This document shows positions 50,398 to 60,628 of a stretch of 64,000 nt of DNA, piece after piece. The stretch comes from an uncultured Gemmatimonadales bacterium (GTDB lineage: Bacteria; Gemmatimonadota; Gemmatimonadetes; Gemmatimonadales; Gemmatimonadaceae). Position numbers and translations under genes: made by a program. Within the stretch, counting starts at the first letter, position 1. Each line of letters opens with the position of its first letter. Location: NCBI GenBank assembly GCA_963701965.1, contig OY969695.1, forward strand, positions 480,001 through 544,000, read 5' to 3'. The notes beneath the pieces were generated by a model, which was given only the letters and a program-made list of their open reading frames with translations, made no database searches and had not been told where the DNA came from.

Positions 50398-52176
50398 CTA
50401 CGCGGACCCCGGCAACCCGTTGTTGGTGTGTAGAAACGGATCGCCCGCGAGTGCGGCCAGCAGGCGGCGGCGCAAGCCACGTTCCGACGCCGACGCGGTG
50501 GACGCCGCGAGTGCCTCTTTCGCGGCCGCAGTGGCCGCATCGGCGTCAATGCCGCGGATGAGCCGCTTGACCAAAGCCACGGCGCGCGGCGCGACGCTCA
50601 GCTGGCGTAGCCCGAGGCCGATCAGCGCGAAGGCCATCAACGGCTCCGACGCCATCTCACCGCACACGCCGACTTCCAGTCCGTGGCTGTCTCCCACTTC
50701 GGCAATGCGCTGGATGAGGCGCAGGACGGCCGGATGCAAGGGCGTGAACCGCGACGCCATATTGGCGTTTCCGCGATCCACGGCCAGCGTGTACTGCACC
50801 AGGTCGTTGGTCCCAATGCTGAAAAACGTCACGTCGTGCGCGAAGGTGTCGGCGGCGACGGCCGCCGCCGGCGTTTCCATCATGACGCCCAGCGGGACGA
50901 CTTCGCGGTACGGAACGCCGCGGCGGGCCAACTCCTCGCCGGCCTCGGCGATCAACGTGCGCGCTTGCCGCACTTCGTCCAGCGTCACGACCATGGGCAG
51001 CATGATGCGCACGTCGCCGTGCAGGGCCGCCCGCAGCACGGCGCGCAACTGCGTCTTGAACAACTCCGGCTCGTCGAGGCACATGCGAATGGCCCGCCAC
51101 CCGAGGAACGGGTTGGCCTCGAGCGGATAGTTGCCCGCGGGCAGTTTGTCGCCGCCGACATCGAAGGTGCGAATGATGACCGGCCGCCCCTCGAATGCGG
51201 CGACGACGCGGGCATAGGCGCGATACTGCTCCTCTTCGTCCGGCATCACGGCGCGGCCGATCACGAGAAACTCCGTGCGCATGAGCCCGACACCTTCCGC
51301 GCCGCTGTTGGCGGCCAGGTCGGCTTCTTCGGGCAGATCGACGTTCGCCAGCACCGTGATCCGCACGCCATCCTTCGTGACCGGCACCGCGGTGGCGAAA
51401 TGGCGCAACTCGGCCTGGCGCTCCACCTCGCGCCGGGCCCGCGCGCGATAGGCGTCGACCTCGGTCTCCGTGGGATTCACCACCAACGTGCCGGTGAAGC
51501 CGTCCAACACGACGCGTTCGTCGCCCGAGAGACGCGTCGTCGCGTCGCGCAATCCGAGCACGGCCGGGAGGCCCAACGAGCGCGCCAGAATGGCGACGTG
51601 CAATGTCGCCGTGCCGCCGTCGGTCGCGATCCCCACAATGGCTTCGCGATCCAGTTGGACCGTCAGGCTGGGCGTGAGATCGTGCGTGAGCAGGATCGCG
51701 TTGGCGCCCTTGGGGACGTCGACCGGGTCGTGGTCGGGCAACCCGAGCAACGCCGTCAACACGCGAATGTGCACGTCGGTGAGATCGGACACCCGCTCCC
51801 GCAGAAAAGGCTGCGCGTGTCGCGCGAAGTGCTGCCGGTGCTCCAGCATCACCAGGTCGAACGCCTTTTCCGCGCCGTAATTGCGCTGAATGACCGACTC
51901 GACTTCCTGGACCAGCGTCTCATCTTCCAGGATCATGAGCTGCGCGTCGAAGATGCGCGCTTCTTCGGGCCCCGCGTGCGCTTCGGCCCGCGCCCGGACG
52001 AGCCGCAGGCGCTCCTTGGCCCGCGCGAACGCCCCGTGCAGACGGGCGATCTCGGCCGGCACCACGTCATCGGCGATGATGCGGTACTCGACCTCCGGGA
52101 CCTCCCACCGCAGGAGATACACGGGACCGACGACGATCCCGGGCGACGCGGGGAGTCCGGCGATCGTGTGCTCCAT
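50398..52176 (-). CDS. ptsI: PTS enzyme I (PEP-protein phosphotransferase)
   Basis: H-AILARSLG, GVGL-RTEFL, E-NPFLG-RAIR, SIGTNDL-QY and CGEMA. Confidence 0.96.
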   Translation of the reverse strand: MEHTIAGLPASPGIVVGPVYLLRWEVPEVEYRIIADDVVPAEIARLHGAFARAKERLRLVRARAEAHAGPEEARIFDAQLMILEDETLVQEVESVIQRNYGAEKAFDLVMLEHRQHFARHAQPFLRERVSDLTDVHIRVLTALLGLPDHDPVDVPKGANAILLTHDLTPSLTVQLDREAIVGIATDGGTATLHVAILARSLGLPAVLGLRDATTRLSGDERVVLDGFTGTLVVNPTETEVDAYRARARREVERQAELRHFATAVPVTKDGVRITVLANVDLPEEADLAANSGAEGVGLMRTEFLVIGRAVMPDEEEQYRAYARVVAAFEGRPVIIRTFDVGGDKLPAGNYPLEANPFLGWRAIRMCLDEPELFKTQLRAVLRAALHGDVRIMLPMVVTLDEVRQARTLIAEAGEELARRGVPYREVVPLGVMMETPAAAVAADTFAHDVTFFSIGTNDLVQYTLAVDRGNANMASRFTPLHPAVLRLIQRIAEVGDSHGLEVGVCGEMASEPLMAFALIGLGLRQLSVAPRAVALVKRLIRGIDADAATAAAKEALAASTASASERGLRRRLLAALAGDPFLHTNNGLPGSA

Positions 52177-52443
52177 TCAGGCTTCGCCGAACTTGGCCGT
52201 GATCAGCTTCGCAATGGCGTCGACCGCCGCGCTCTCATCGGGACCGGAGGCGCGGAGAATGATGGTCGCTCCGCACTCGGCGGCCAACATCATGACTCCC
52301 ATGATGCTTTTGCCGTTCACCTCCAACTCATCGCGCACGATGATGATATCGCTGGTGAACTTCGAGGCGGTCTTCACGATCTCGGCGGCCGGCCGGGCGT
52401 GAAGTCCGTTCTTGTTGACGATCCGCACGCTCCGCTCAGCCAT
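52177..52443 (-). CDS. ptsH: phosphocarrier protein HPr
   Basis: GLHARPAA (His15) and NGKSIMGVM (Ser46). Confidence 0.96.
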   Translation of the reverse strand: MAERSVRIVNKNGLHARPAAEIVKTASKFTSDIIIVRDELEVNGKSIMGVMMLAAECGATIILRASGPDESAAVDAIAKLITAKFGEA

Positions 52444-53221
52444 GCCAGAATACCGCGTAAAGGACGAATGCCGCCAGGACTCCCAGTGCGATACGCCACC
52501 CATCGACGCGGCCGTGCATGCGAATCAGCACGACCCCGCCCAGAACGGTTCCGATGACGACACCCACATACAGCATGGTCGATCCTGGCGCTGGACCGTG
52601 CCGCACCACTCGGGCCAGCGCCGCCGGAATCGCCGCGCCGGCGAGGAGCGCGCCCGCCCGCGCGACATACTCCGGCCCCCGCCGGAACACCGGGCCGGCC
52701 AACGCCTTGGCCACGTGCATGCCCCGGTCGAGTCCCGTGGTCAGCCCCCACGCGCGAAGCGCCAGGTGCCCGGCGTTGTACATCCCGAGGAACACGACCA
52801 CCACGACCCACGCCGGAGCGCCGATGCCAAAGATCACCAGCGCCAGCAACGAGCACACGGGGAGCCACCCGGCCCAGATCAGCCGGTCGCCGACGCTTCC
52901 CAGCGGTCCGCACAGGGCCGTGCGGAATCGCTCGATTTTCGGTCCGGGCACACCGTCGAGCTCCGCCCGCACGAGCGAGCCGACCGCGAGGGACGCCAGA
53001 TAGGGGTGCGCGTTAAAATATCCCGCCTCCCGGGCCAGCGCCTCCCGGTACGCGGGCCCGCCACGGCCGCCCGGCAGCCGCCTGAGGGCGGGCTCGGCGC
53101 AGAACGCAATGCCCGTCCCCATCAAGCTCTCGTAGTTCCACGAGCCCTGAATCGCCAGCAACCGCAGGAACATCGCGCCGCGCGTGGAGGCCGGCACCGG
53201 CACCGGCAGGGGCTCGCTCAT
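52436..53221 (-). CDS. PTS mannose/fructose/sorbose family IID
   Basis: QGSWNYE, FNAHPY and GPLGSVGD-LIW. Confidence 0.9.
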   Translation of the reverse strand: MSEPLPVPVPASTRGAMFLRLLAIQGSWNYESLMGTGIAFCAEPALRRLPGGRGGPAYREALAREAGYFNAHPYLASLAVGSLVRAELDGVPGPKIERFRTALCGPLGSVGDRLIWAGWLPVCSLLALVIFGIGAPAWVVVVVFLGMYNAGHLALRAWGLTTGLDRGMHVAKALAGPVFRRGPEYVARAGALLAGAAIPAALARVVRHGPAPGSTMLYVGVVIGTVLGGVVLIRMHGRVDGWRIALGVLAAFVLYAVFWHG

Positions 53222-53916
53222 CGCCCCGCCGCCAGCACGGCGCCAATCGCGACGCCGACCACGAAGAACCACGTCGCGAAGCGCGTGGTGTGGAACACTT
53301 TCCAGGCCGCCGCCACCGCGACCGTCGCCGAGACGCCGACGACCACCGCGCGCGACTCGGCCGGCGCGACGCGCCACGCGCCGACCGCGCGGTCGACAAT
53401 GGGCGTCAACACGAGGAGCGCGACGGCCGTAATCAGGGCGCCGCGCGCCAGATCCGCGCAGAGGCCGCGGAGCTGGAGCCCGACGACCGTCTCGGCCGAC
53501 CCGCCGTCCAGCCGCGCGCGCGCCGCGCGCGCCCAGATGGCGTTCAACCGCCGCAGCTGCACCATCGTCCAACCGCCGGCCCACGAGGTGGCCAGGGTCG
53601 CGACGACGGCCAGGACCATAGCGCTCGACGTCGCCGCGGGCACGGTGGCGGCCGCCGGCGCGCCCGCGAGCAGCGCGCCGCCGACCACCGAGGCCGAACC
53701 CCACTCGGGGTAGCGCGAGGCCCCGAACGGCAGCATCTCGAGGGCGATCAGCTCCAACGTCGCGCCCAGGGCCAGCCCCAGACCGGCGTGTCCGCCGATC
53801 GCGCCGCTCGCCGTGGCCGCCACGATCGGCCGCGAGATCATGGCCTGCGGAAAACCCACCACGTCCAGACCGACCACGCCACCGAGCAAGACGAACGGAA
53901 TCAGGTCGACGATCAC
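53218..53916 (-). CDS. PTS mannose-family IIC
   Basis: GLD...Q-MISRPIVA...G-LELI...PFGA. Confidence 0.88.
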   Translation of the reverse strand: MIVDLIPFVLLGGVVGLDVVGFPQAMISRPIVAATASGAIGGHAGLGLALGATLELIALEMLPFGASRYPEWGSASVVGGALLAGAPAAATVPAATSSAMVLAVVATLATSWAGGWTMVQLRRLNAIWARAARARLDGGSAETVVGLQLRGLCADLARGALITAVALLVLTPIVDRAVGAWRVAPAESRAVVVGVSATVAVAAAWKVFHTTRFATWFFVVGVAIGAVLAAGR

Positions 53917-54407
53917 CGGCCGGCGACTCCGTGCGCCGCCAGCACCTCCTCGAGGGGCACGGGCCGCGTCGCCGGCACATCTTGCGCGCTGATCGCGATC
54001 CCGCACGCCGCCAGGGCGCGGAGCGCCGCGGCCTCGGAGTCCTCCAGAAAGACGTAGCGGAGCTTGGGCGCGCGTCCCGGTCGATGATGAATGCCACCGA
54101 GGGTGATGGACCGGATGGGCACCTGCTTGGCCAGGCGCTGCATGGTCTCGATATCGCTGGTCAGCACAATCCCCGCCCGGGCATTGCCGCTGAAGCGCCC
54201 GAAGTCGGCGGCCACGGAGTCGACGCTCTCGAAGTACACGTCCATCTCCGGCGGCACCCCCATGCGATACAGCTCCTGCTCCCAGTCACTGTCGGCGATC
54301 TCGTCGTCGACCAACACGATGAAACCCAGATTGAGCGGCTGGCCCCAGCCGACGACGACCTGGCCGTGAATGCGGCGGTCGTCGATGCGAAATAGCTCAA
54401 CGGGCAC
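53913..54407 (-). CDS. PTS mannose-family IIB
   Basis: RIDDR-IHGQVVVGW. Confidence 0.92.
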   Translation of the reverse strand: MPVELFRIDDRRIHGQVVVGWGQPLNLGFIVLVDDEIADSDWEQELYRMGVPPEMDVYFESVDSVAADFGRFSGNARAGIVLTSDIETMQRLAKQVPIRSITLGGIHHRPGRAPKLRYVFLEDSEAAALRALAACGIAISAQDVPATRPVPLEEVLAAHGVAGR

Positions 54408-54789
54408 CGACCGCTCCGACCACGGCGAGGGCGCCGTGCCCCTTCTCCACGGCGTGGCGCGCGGCCTCCGCCGCCGCGACGTCGCCTTGAAACGCGAAGT
54501 CGAGCAAGACCGGCAAGCTGATCGCGGTCACGACCACGAGCGTGGGCCGATCGCGCTGCACGCGGCGGGCGGCGACCGTGGCACTCCCCGCGGGCAGGTC
54601 GGTGAACACCACCCCCGCGCCGGTGCGCTCGATGACCTCGCCGATGAGGCGCGCGATGTCATCGACGCCGAGATCCCGGTTGGTGAGCGCGATGAAGACG
54701 TCGCCGCGCCCGGTGATCTGATCGACGGCCGAGATCATGCCGGCGGCGAAGTCTCCGTGCCCCGCGACAATGGCGCGCGGATTACTCAT
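54397..54789 (-). CDS. PTS mannose-family IIA
   Basis: IVAGHG-FA-GM, VFTDLPAGS and LPVLLD. Confidence 0.88.
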   Translation of the reverse strand: MSNPRAIVAGHGDFAAGMISAVDQITGRGDVFIALTNRDLGVDDIARLIGEVIERTGAGVVFTDLPAGSATVAARRVQRDRPTLVVVTAISLPVLLDFAFQGDVAAAEAARHAVEKGHGALAVVGAVGAR

Positions 54790-55765
54790 CGTCATCCTGG
54801 AGATAGCGGCGGACCGACGTCGCGTCGCGCATCCGCGCAATGAGGCGCTCGTTGAACGCCTCGGCGGCGTCGACGCCCGAGTAGCGAAGCAAATGGTTCA
54901 TGGCAATGACTTCCGCGACCACGGTGATGTTCTTTCCGGGGTTCAAGGGGACGGTGATCTTCGGAATGGCGACCCCCAGGATGTCCATCGTGACGCCGTC
55001 GAGGCCCGTGCGGTCGACGACCGCGTCGAAATTCCACTCCTCGAGCTGCACCACGACCTCGATGCGCTTTTGCTGCCGCACCGCGCGAATGCCGAAGATC
55101 GCCCGCACGTCCACCAACCCAATGCCCCGCACCTCCATGAAGTGCCGTTGCAGCTCGTGCCCGCGACCGACGAGGACATCGGTGCCGCGGCGCGTGACCA
55201 GCACCAGATCATCCGCGACCAACCGGTGCCCGCGCTCGACCAGGTCCAGCACGCACTCCGATTTGCCGATGCCGCTCTTGCCGATGAACAGGAGTCCGAC
55301 CCCGAACACATCGGCCAGCGATCCGTGGATCGTGGCCGACGGCGCGAACGCCTCCTCCAGCATGGGCCAGAGCCGCCGGTAAAACTCGTTCGTCTTGAGC
55401 GGCGACCGGAACACCGGCACGCCGGCACCGGCGGCGATCTCGCCCAGCCCCCTCGGCAACGACTGGGCCTTGGTCACGAACAACGCCGGGATGGGAAATT
55501 GGAAGAATCGCCGGAGGCTTGCCAGGCGCTCTTCGGTGGGAAGGGATTCCAGATAGGAAATCTCCGTCTCGCCCAGCACGAGCAACCGGTTGCCGGCGAA
55601 CCGCTCGACGTACCCGGCCAGGACGAGGCCGGGGCTGGAGACTTCCGGATTGGTAATGGGTCGATCGAGACCCCTGGCATCGCCACCCGGGACGACCACC
55701 TGCTCGAGTTCCAGTACATCGTGGAGACGCTCGAACAGGTGGCCGACCGTGATCGTGGCGCTCAC
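54782..55765 (-). CDS. hprK: HPr(Ser) kinase/phosphorylase
   Basis: HG-L-DVFGVG, G-SGIGKSE, GHRLVADD and MEVRGIG. Confidence 0.96.
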   Translation of the reverse strand: MSATITVGHLFERLHDVLELEQVVVPGGDARGLDRPITNPEVSSPGLVLAGYVERFAGNRLLVLGETEISYLESLPTEERLASLRRFFQFPIPALFVTKAQSLPRGLGEIAAGAGVPVFRSPLKTNEFYRRLWPMLEEAFAPSATIHGSLADVFGVGLLFIGKSGIGKSECVLDLVERGHRLVADDLVLVTRRGTDVLVGRGHELQRHFMEVRGIGLVDVRAIFGIRAVRQQKRIEVVVQLEEWNFDAVVDRTGLDGVTMDILGVAIPKITVPLNPGKNITVVAEVIAMNHLLRYSGVDAAEAFNERLIARMRDATSVRRYLQDDDE

Positions 55766-55771
55766 GTGCGC

Positions 55772-56077
55772 TCAGGCCGTCGCGCGCGCACGGGCTTTGG
55801 GTGTGCGTTTTATGCTACGCAATTGCGCTTCCAGGCACCGGACGGCATCGCCCAGTGCGGCGTTGAAGAATGGGGCTCGCCCCTCGGCAATGAGCCGTCA
55901 ATGCCGGGGCGCGTGGAGGACAATCTCGACGCGTCGAGTTCGGCCGTCTCCTTCAAAGCGCACGACGGCGTCGACCGTCCTCTTGAGTCGCGAGGCCACG
56001 CGCTCGACGGCGCGTTCGGCTTTCGCGCGAACCCGATCGGACACGACGGCGTGGTGTGCATGAAAAATGACGTCCAT
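55772..56077 (-). pseudogene. hpf: HPF/RaiA ribosome-associated protein interrupted by in-frame TGA at 55898-55900
   Basis: MDVIFHAHHAVVSDRVR...RRVEIVLHAPRH*RLIAEG...ALGDA-LEAQL; typical position upstream of hprK. Confidence 0.7.
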
Positions 56078-56081
56078 AAGC

Positions 56082-57203
56082 CTACCCTCTCTGCTTGAGG
56101 TTGTTGAGGACGTGCGTGAGATGTGCTGCGGTCTCGGTAGCGGCGCGGTTCCAGGTGAAGGTTTCGGCGAAGCGGCGGCCGGATGCACCCATGGTGCGAA
56201 CACGGCCGGGGTCGCCAGCGAATCGACCCAAGGCGTCAGCGAGGGTCTCAATGTCACCGTGCGGGACGAGGTATCCGGTCTGACCGTCGACAACGGATTC
56301 CCGAATGCCTGGCGAATTCGAAGCCACCACGGGAGTTCCGCACGCCGCCGCCTCCAGATTCGTGATCCCCCACCCCTCCTTCGGCGACGCGAAGGTCAGT
56401 GCCCACGACCGCCGCAGGAGTGCGAGCTTCTCCTGCTCGGACACTCGTCCAAGAAACCGTACGCTGTCCGCCAGGTCAAGCGAGCGCGTGAGGCGTTCCA
56501 AATTGGGCCGATAATTGCCAGCCCCGGCAATATCGAGTGTCGCCGTCGGGAATCGCCCCCTGAGACACGCAAACGCGCGGATCACCAGATGCACCCCCTT
56601 GTACTTCTTGAGACGACCCAGATAGGCAAATCGTGGCTCGGGCGTGCGATCGGTATCACAAGGGGTGTACCACTCGGTATCGACGCCCTGGAAGATGACC
56701 TTGACGTTCCGTCTCTGAATACCGCGCGCGACGAGATCATCCGCCGTGCTCTCGCTCACAGCCTGAAACGGGACCGACCGGTATATGTGCGGGAGCGGCC
56801 GCTCGGCCAGCCACACCGCTGCCGCCAGCGGTGGGGCGAGCTCGCGGAATGCTGTCAAGCCGAAGAGATGGTGCACGAGCCCCACGACCTGGGGGCCGCC
56901 CCAGCGCGGGGTGTTGAGCGGGATCTTATTGAGGTCCTCCACGAGGACATCGTACCTGGCGGGCGCGAACTGGGCGTGATAGGCGCGGCGGGCCAGGAGC
57001 GGGTACGTGTGGCGCGTGCCGACTCGATGCACGTCAATGCCGTCCAGCACGACCCGCGGGGCGCAGCCCGGCCAGCCGGCGCACAAGAGCGCCACCTGAT
57101 GCCCGCGCTCGACCAGCCGCCCAAAGATCTCGTGCAGATGGGTCTCGGCGCCGCCCGCTTGGGGATTTTCGCGGTCCTGCCAATTGACGACGGCTATGCG
57201 CAC
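56082..57203 (-). CDS. glycosyltransferase family 4
   Basis: NP-AGGAE, GRLKKYKG and EGWGITNLEAAACGTPVV. Confidence 0.92.
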   Translation of the reverse strand: MRIAVVNWQDRENPQAGGAETHLHEIFGRLVERGHQVALLCAGWPGCAPRVVLDGIDVHRVGTRHTYPLLARRAYHAQFAPARYDVLVEDLNKIPLNTPRWGGPQVVGLVHHLFGLTAFRELAPPLAAAVWLAERPLPHIYRSVPFQAVSESTADDLVARGIQRRNVKVIFQGVDTEWYTPCDTDRTPEPRFAYLGRLKKYKGVHLVIRAFACLRGRFPTATLDIAGAGNYRPNLERLTRSLDLADSVRFLGRVSEQEKLALLRRSWALTFASPKEGWGITNLEAAACGTPVVASNSPGIRESVVDGQTGYLVPHGDIETLADALGRFAGDPGRVRTMGASGRRFAETFTWNRAATETAAHLTHVLNNLKQRG

Positions 57204-57256
57204 ACAAATGTTATGGAAGAGTTCGAGTCCGCCTGGAGCAGTCGGGAGTATCGCCG

Positions 57257-57892
57257 TTGCGTCACGCCATTGCCATTGTATTGCTGGTGTCGGTGGTCGC
57301 CTGTGGCGGCAGTACAGCGCCACGACCGCCAACCGCCGCGCGCGTGGCGCAGCACCTGGACAGTCTTTACGAGTCGGCCTGTGTCGCGGGGCAAGCGCAA
57401 CGGTGCAACTTCCTGGCGTTCTTCGTCACACCGCCCGCCGCCGGGGCGCAACCCACGACAATCTCCCTCGGCGCCCCGGGCGGCACAGAATCGTGGCACG
57501 CCTTCGTTCGGGAGACGTACGACACCAACGCCAGCGGCCAGCCGATCGACTCGTCGTTCATCGTGATGGCGTACCGGGACGACGCGTTCACCACGGGCAT
57601 CCTGGCGCTCGTCTCTCACGTCAACACATCGCCGCAAGTCATCGCCAATCTCCTCTCGGCCGACACGCTCGTCTCGCCCCAACTCTCGGGCAACGGCACG
57701 GTGTCGACGCAAACGGTGGGCGCGGCCTGCACATCGACCCCGGGACTGTACCAGGACGCCGGCGTGCCGTCCGCTCACTGCACCGTCGGCACCTTCGGGG
57801 TTCTGATCAACGTCGGGTTCGCTGATTCCACCTGGCGCTCCGTCGCCATCGGCCCCGCCACCATCAACGGCATCCGCGAGATCACGCCCTAG
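57257..57892 (+). CDS. hypothetical lipoprotein
   Basis: MRHAIAIVLLVSVVAC lipobox; fills the gap between genes. Confidence 0.7.
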   Translation: MRHAIAIVLLVSVVACGGSTAPRPPTAARVAQHLDSLYESACVAGQAQRCNFLAFFVTPPAAGAQPTTISLGAPGGTESWHAFVRETYDTNASGQPIDSSFIVMAYRDDAFTTGILALVSHVNTSPQVIANLLSADTLVSPQLSGNGTVSTQTVGAACTSTPGLYQDAGVPSAHCTVGTFGVLINVGFADSTWRSVAIGPATINGIREITP

Positions 57893-57898
57893 GCGCGA

Positions 57899-58327
57899 TC
57901 ACAGCCGCCCGCTGCGCCGCGCCAACGCGTCGACGACGCCGTTGACGAACGCGGCGCTTTTGGCGGACCCATACCGTTCGGCCAGACGAATGGCCTCCTG
58001 AATCACCACCCGCGGTGGCGTGTCGCCCCGCGACAGCTCGGCCGCGGCCAAACGCAGCACGGAGCGCTCGATCGCGCCCAGCCGGTCCAGTCGCCAGTTG
58101 GTGGTGACGTCGGCGAGCGCGGAATCGAGATCGGCGCCCTCGCGCGTCACGGTCCGCACCAGGTTCGCCGCCAACACGCGCTCGTCGGCCGGCACGGCCA
58201 GGTCGTCCCATACCGCCGCGGCAATGCGCGGCAAGTTCTCACGCGCGCTGGGCGCGCGCACGTCCCAAGCGTACAACGCTTGCAACGCGCGCGAACGGGC
58301 GCGGGTCTCGACGCGCGTGCGGCGCAT
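57899..58327 (-). CDS. nusB: transcription antitermination factor NusB
   Basis: AR-RALQALY, NWRL-RL-IER-VLRL, EAI-LA-YG and FVNGV-D. Confidence 0.95.
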   Translation of the reverse strand: MRRTRVETRARSRALQALYAWDVRAPSARENLPRIAAAVWDDLAVPADERVLAANLVRTVTREGADLDSALADVTTNWRLDRLGAIERSVLRLAAAELSRGDTPPRVVIQEAIRLAERYGSAKSAAFVNGVVDALARRSGRL

Positions 58328-58815
58328 CAGTCGACGTCCGCGCCTTCATCGACCGCCAAGCGCGCGAACAGGTCGGCCATCTCGACGGCGGCCCGCGCCG
58401 CATCGGCGCCCTTGTTGCCATGGAGTCCACCGGCCCGCGCCTCCGCCTGCTCCACGGTGTCGCACGTCAAGACCCCAAAGCCGATCGGCACATGGTATTC
58501 GGCGCTGGCGTCGGCGATCCCGCGCGACGCCTCGCCCGCGACGAAATCAAAATGGGGGGTGTCGCCCCGTATCACCGCACCGACCGCCACCAACGCATCG
58601 TAGCGGTCCGACGCCAGCAAGGCCCGGGCTGCCGCCGGTAGCTCCCAGGCGCCGGGGACCCAGACCAGATCGACATCCTCGTAGCGGGCGCCGGCATCGA
58701 TCAATGCCGACACGGCGCCCTCGGCGAGCTTGTGCGTGATACTCTCATTGAAGCGGCTGGCCACCACGGCAAACCGCCGACCGTGGGCCTCGACCGCGCC
58801 CGTGAATTCGGCCAC
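58327..58815 (-). CDS. ribH: 6,7-dimethyl-8-ribityllumazine synthase
   Basis: SRFN, VPGAWELP, GAVIRG-TPHFDFV and GNKG-AA. Confidence 0.96.
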   Translation of the reverse strand: MAEFTGAVEAHGRRFAVVASRFNESITHKLAEGAVSALIDAGARYEDVDLVWVPGAWELPAAARALLASDRYDALVAVGAVIRGDTPHFDFVAGEASRGIADASAEYHVPIGFGVLTCDTVEQAEARAGGLHGNKGADAARAAVEMADLFARLAVDEGADVD

Positions 58816-58819
58816 GCGG

Positions 58820-60025
58820 CTATGAGGCCAAGAGGTGACCGAGCTTGGCCCGCTTGGTCTCGAGATACGACGCGTTCTCTTCGGTCGCCGGCGCCTCAAT
58901 GCGCACGCCGTCGACGATGCGGAGCCCATACCCCTCGAGACCAACCAACTTGCGCGGATTGTTGGTGAGGACACGGATCGACTTGAGCCCCAGGTCGAGC
59001 AGGATCTGGGCGCCGATGCCGTAGTCGCGGAGATCGGGCTTGAACCCCAGCCGCTCGTTGGCCTCGACCGTGTCCGCCCCCTGATCCTGCAACGCGTAGG
59101 CCTTGAGCTTGTTGAGCAGCCCGATGCCGCGCCCTTCCTGATCGAGGTACACCAAAACACCGCGGCCGGCCTCGGCGATCATCGCCATCGCCCGGTCCAA
59201 CTGCCACCCGCAATCGCACCGCTGGGAGTGGAACACATCGCCCGTCAGACACTTGGAGTGCATCCGCACCAGAATGCTCTCGCCGCCCGCGACGTCGCCG
59301 TGGACGAGCGCCACGTGCTCGTGGGCGTCGACGTCATTGCGATATCCGACGATGCGCCATTCGCCGTGCCCGGTCGGCAGCCGCGCTTCCGCGACCCGAT
59401 GCACCAGCCGTTCCGTGCGCAGCCGATACGACACGAGCTGGGCGATCGTGACGAACGTGATGCCGTGCGTCGCCGCGAACTGCTCCAGCTGCGGACGCTT
59501 GGCCATCGTGCCATCGGCGTTCATGACTTCGCAGATCACGCCCGCCGGCACGAGGCCGGCCAGCCGCGCCAGATCGATCGCCGCCTCCGTGTGCCCCACC
59601 CGCTCCAGCACGCCGCCCTGTCGGGCGCGCAGCGGATTGATATGTCCGGGGCGCGTCAGGTCGGACGGCAGCGTCTTGGGATCGACCGCGACGCGGATCG
59701 TGGTCGCGCGGTCGCTGGCACTGACGCCCGTGGTCACCCCGAAACGCGGCGCCGCGTCGACCGTGGTCGTGAACGCGGTGCGCATGGTCTCGGTGTTGAC
59801 GTCGGACTGCGGCGCCAACCGCAAATGGTCGACGCGGTCCGGCGTCAGTGCCAGGCAAATCAACCCGCGGGCATTGAGCAGGAGAAAATTCACCATGTCC
59901 GGCGTCACGCGTTCCGCGGCGCAGATCAGATCGCCCTCGTTCTCGCGATCTTCGTCGTCGGCGACGAGCACGAACTTTCCGGCGCGGATGTCGGCGATCG
60001 CCTGCTCGATCGATCCGAAGCTCAC
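58820..60025 (-). CDS. ribBA: DHBP synthase / GTP cyclohydrolase II
   Basis: DDEDRENEGD, GHTEA, RMHSKCLTGD...RCDCG and QEGRGIG. Confidence 0.97.
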   Translation of the reverse strand: MSFGSIEQAIADIRAGKFVLVADDEDRENEGDLICAAERVTPDMVNFLLLNARGLICLALTPDRVDHLRLAPQSDVNTETMRTAFTTTVDAAPRFGVTTGVSASDRATTIRVAVDPKTLPSDLTRPGHINPLRARQGGVLERVGHTEAAIDLARLAGLVPAGVICEVMNADGTMAKRPQLEQFAATHGITFVTIAQLVSYRLRTERLVHRVAEARLPTGHGEWRIVGYRNDVDAHEHVALVHGDVAGGESILVRMHSKCLTGDVFHSQRCDCGWQLDRAMAMIAEAGRGVLVYLDQEGRGIGLLNKLKAYALQDQGADTVEANERLGFKPDLRDYGIGAQILLDLGLKSIRVLTNNPRKLVGLEGYGLRIVDGVRIEAPATEENASYLETKRAKLGHLLAS

Positions 60026-60628
60026 GGTAGGACGCTCCCGGAATACGGCGCGACCAGACGCCGGACATACTTGCCGATGACGTCGGCCTCGACCTGCACC
60101 AGATCGCCGGGCTCGAGGGCACCGAGCGTGGTGTGCCGCATCGTGTACTCGATGATGGAAAGTTGCAGCTGATTCGCTGCTGGCAGCTCGTTCACCGTCA
60201 GGCTCACGCCATCCACGGCCACGGCGCCATGCGGGACCAGCAGCTCGGCAATGTCGTCCGGCACGACGACGTCGATCAGAAACGCGTCGCCCCGCATCTG
60301 GGTCGCCGCCACGCGTCCAACGCCGTCGACGTGCCCCTGCACGATATGGCCCCCAAACCGGTCCCCGGCCCGCATCGACCGCTCGAGATTGAGGCGCGTG
60401 CCCGCGCCCCACTGCCCGATCGTCGTGCGATCGAGCGTGGTGACGACGGCGGCCGCCGTGAACCAACCGGGTCCGCATTCCCGCACCGTGAGGCACGCGC
60501 CGTTGACGGCGATGCTCTCGCCCGCGGCCAGGTGCCCATAGCCGCACGCGATCCTGAGCTCGCGCCCCGCGGGTCCGTCGAGCACGCGCTCGATGGTCCC
60601 GAATGTCGTCGATCAATCCCGTGAACAC
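60022..60628 (-). CDS. ribE: riboflavin synthase, frameshift near 60600
   Basis: MFTGLI start, GESIAVNGACLTV, NLER, GGHIVQGHVDG and DGVSLT. Confidence 0.93.
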
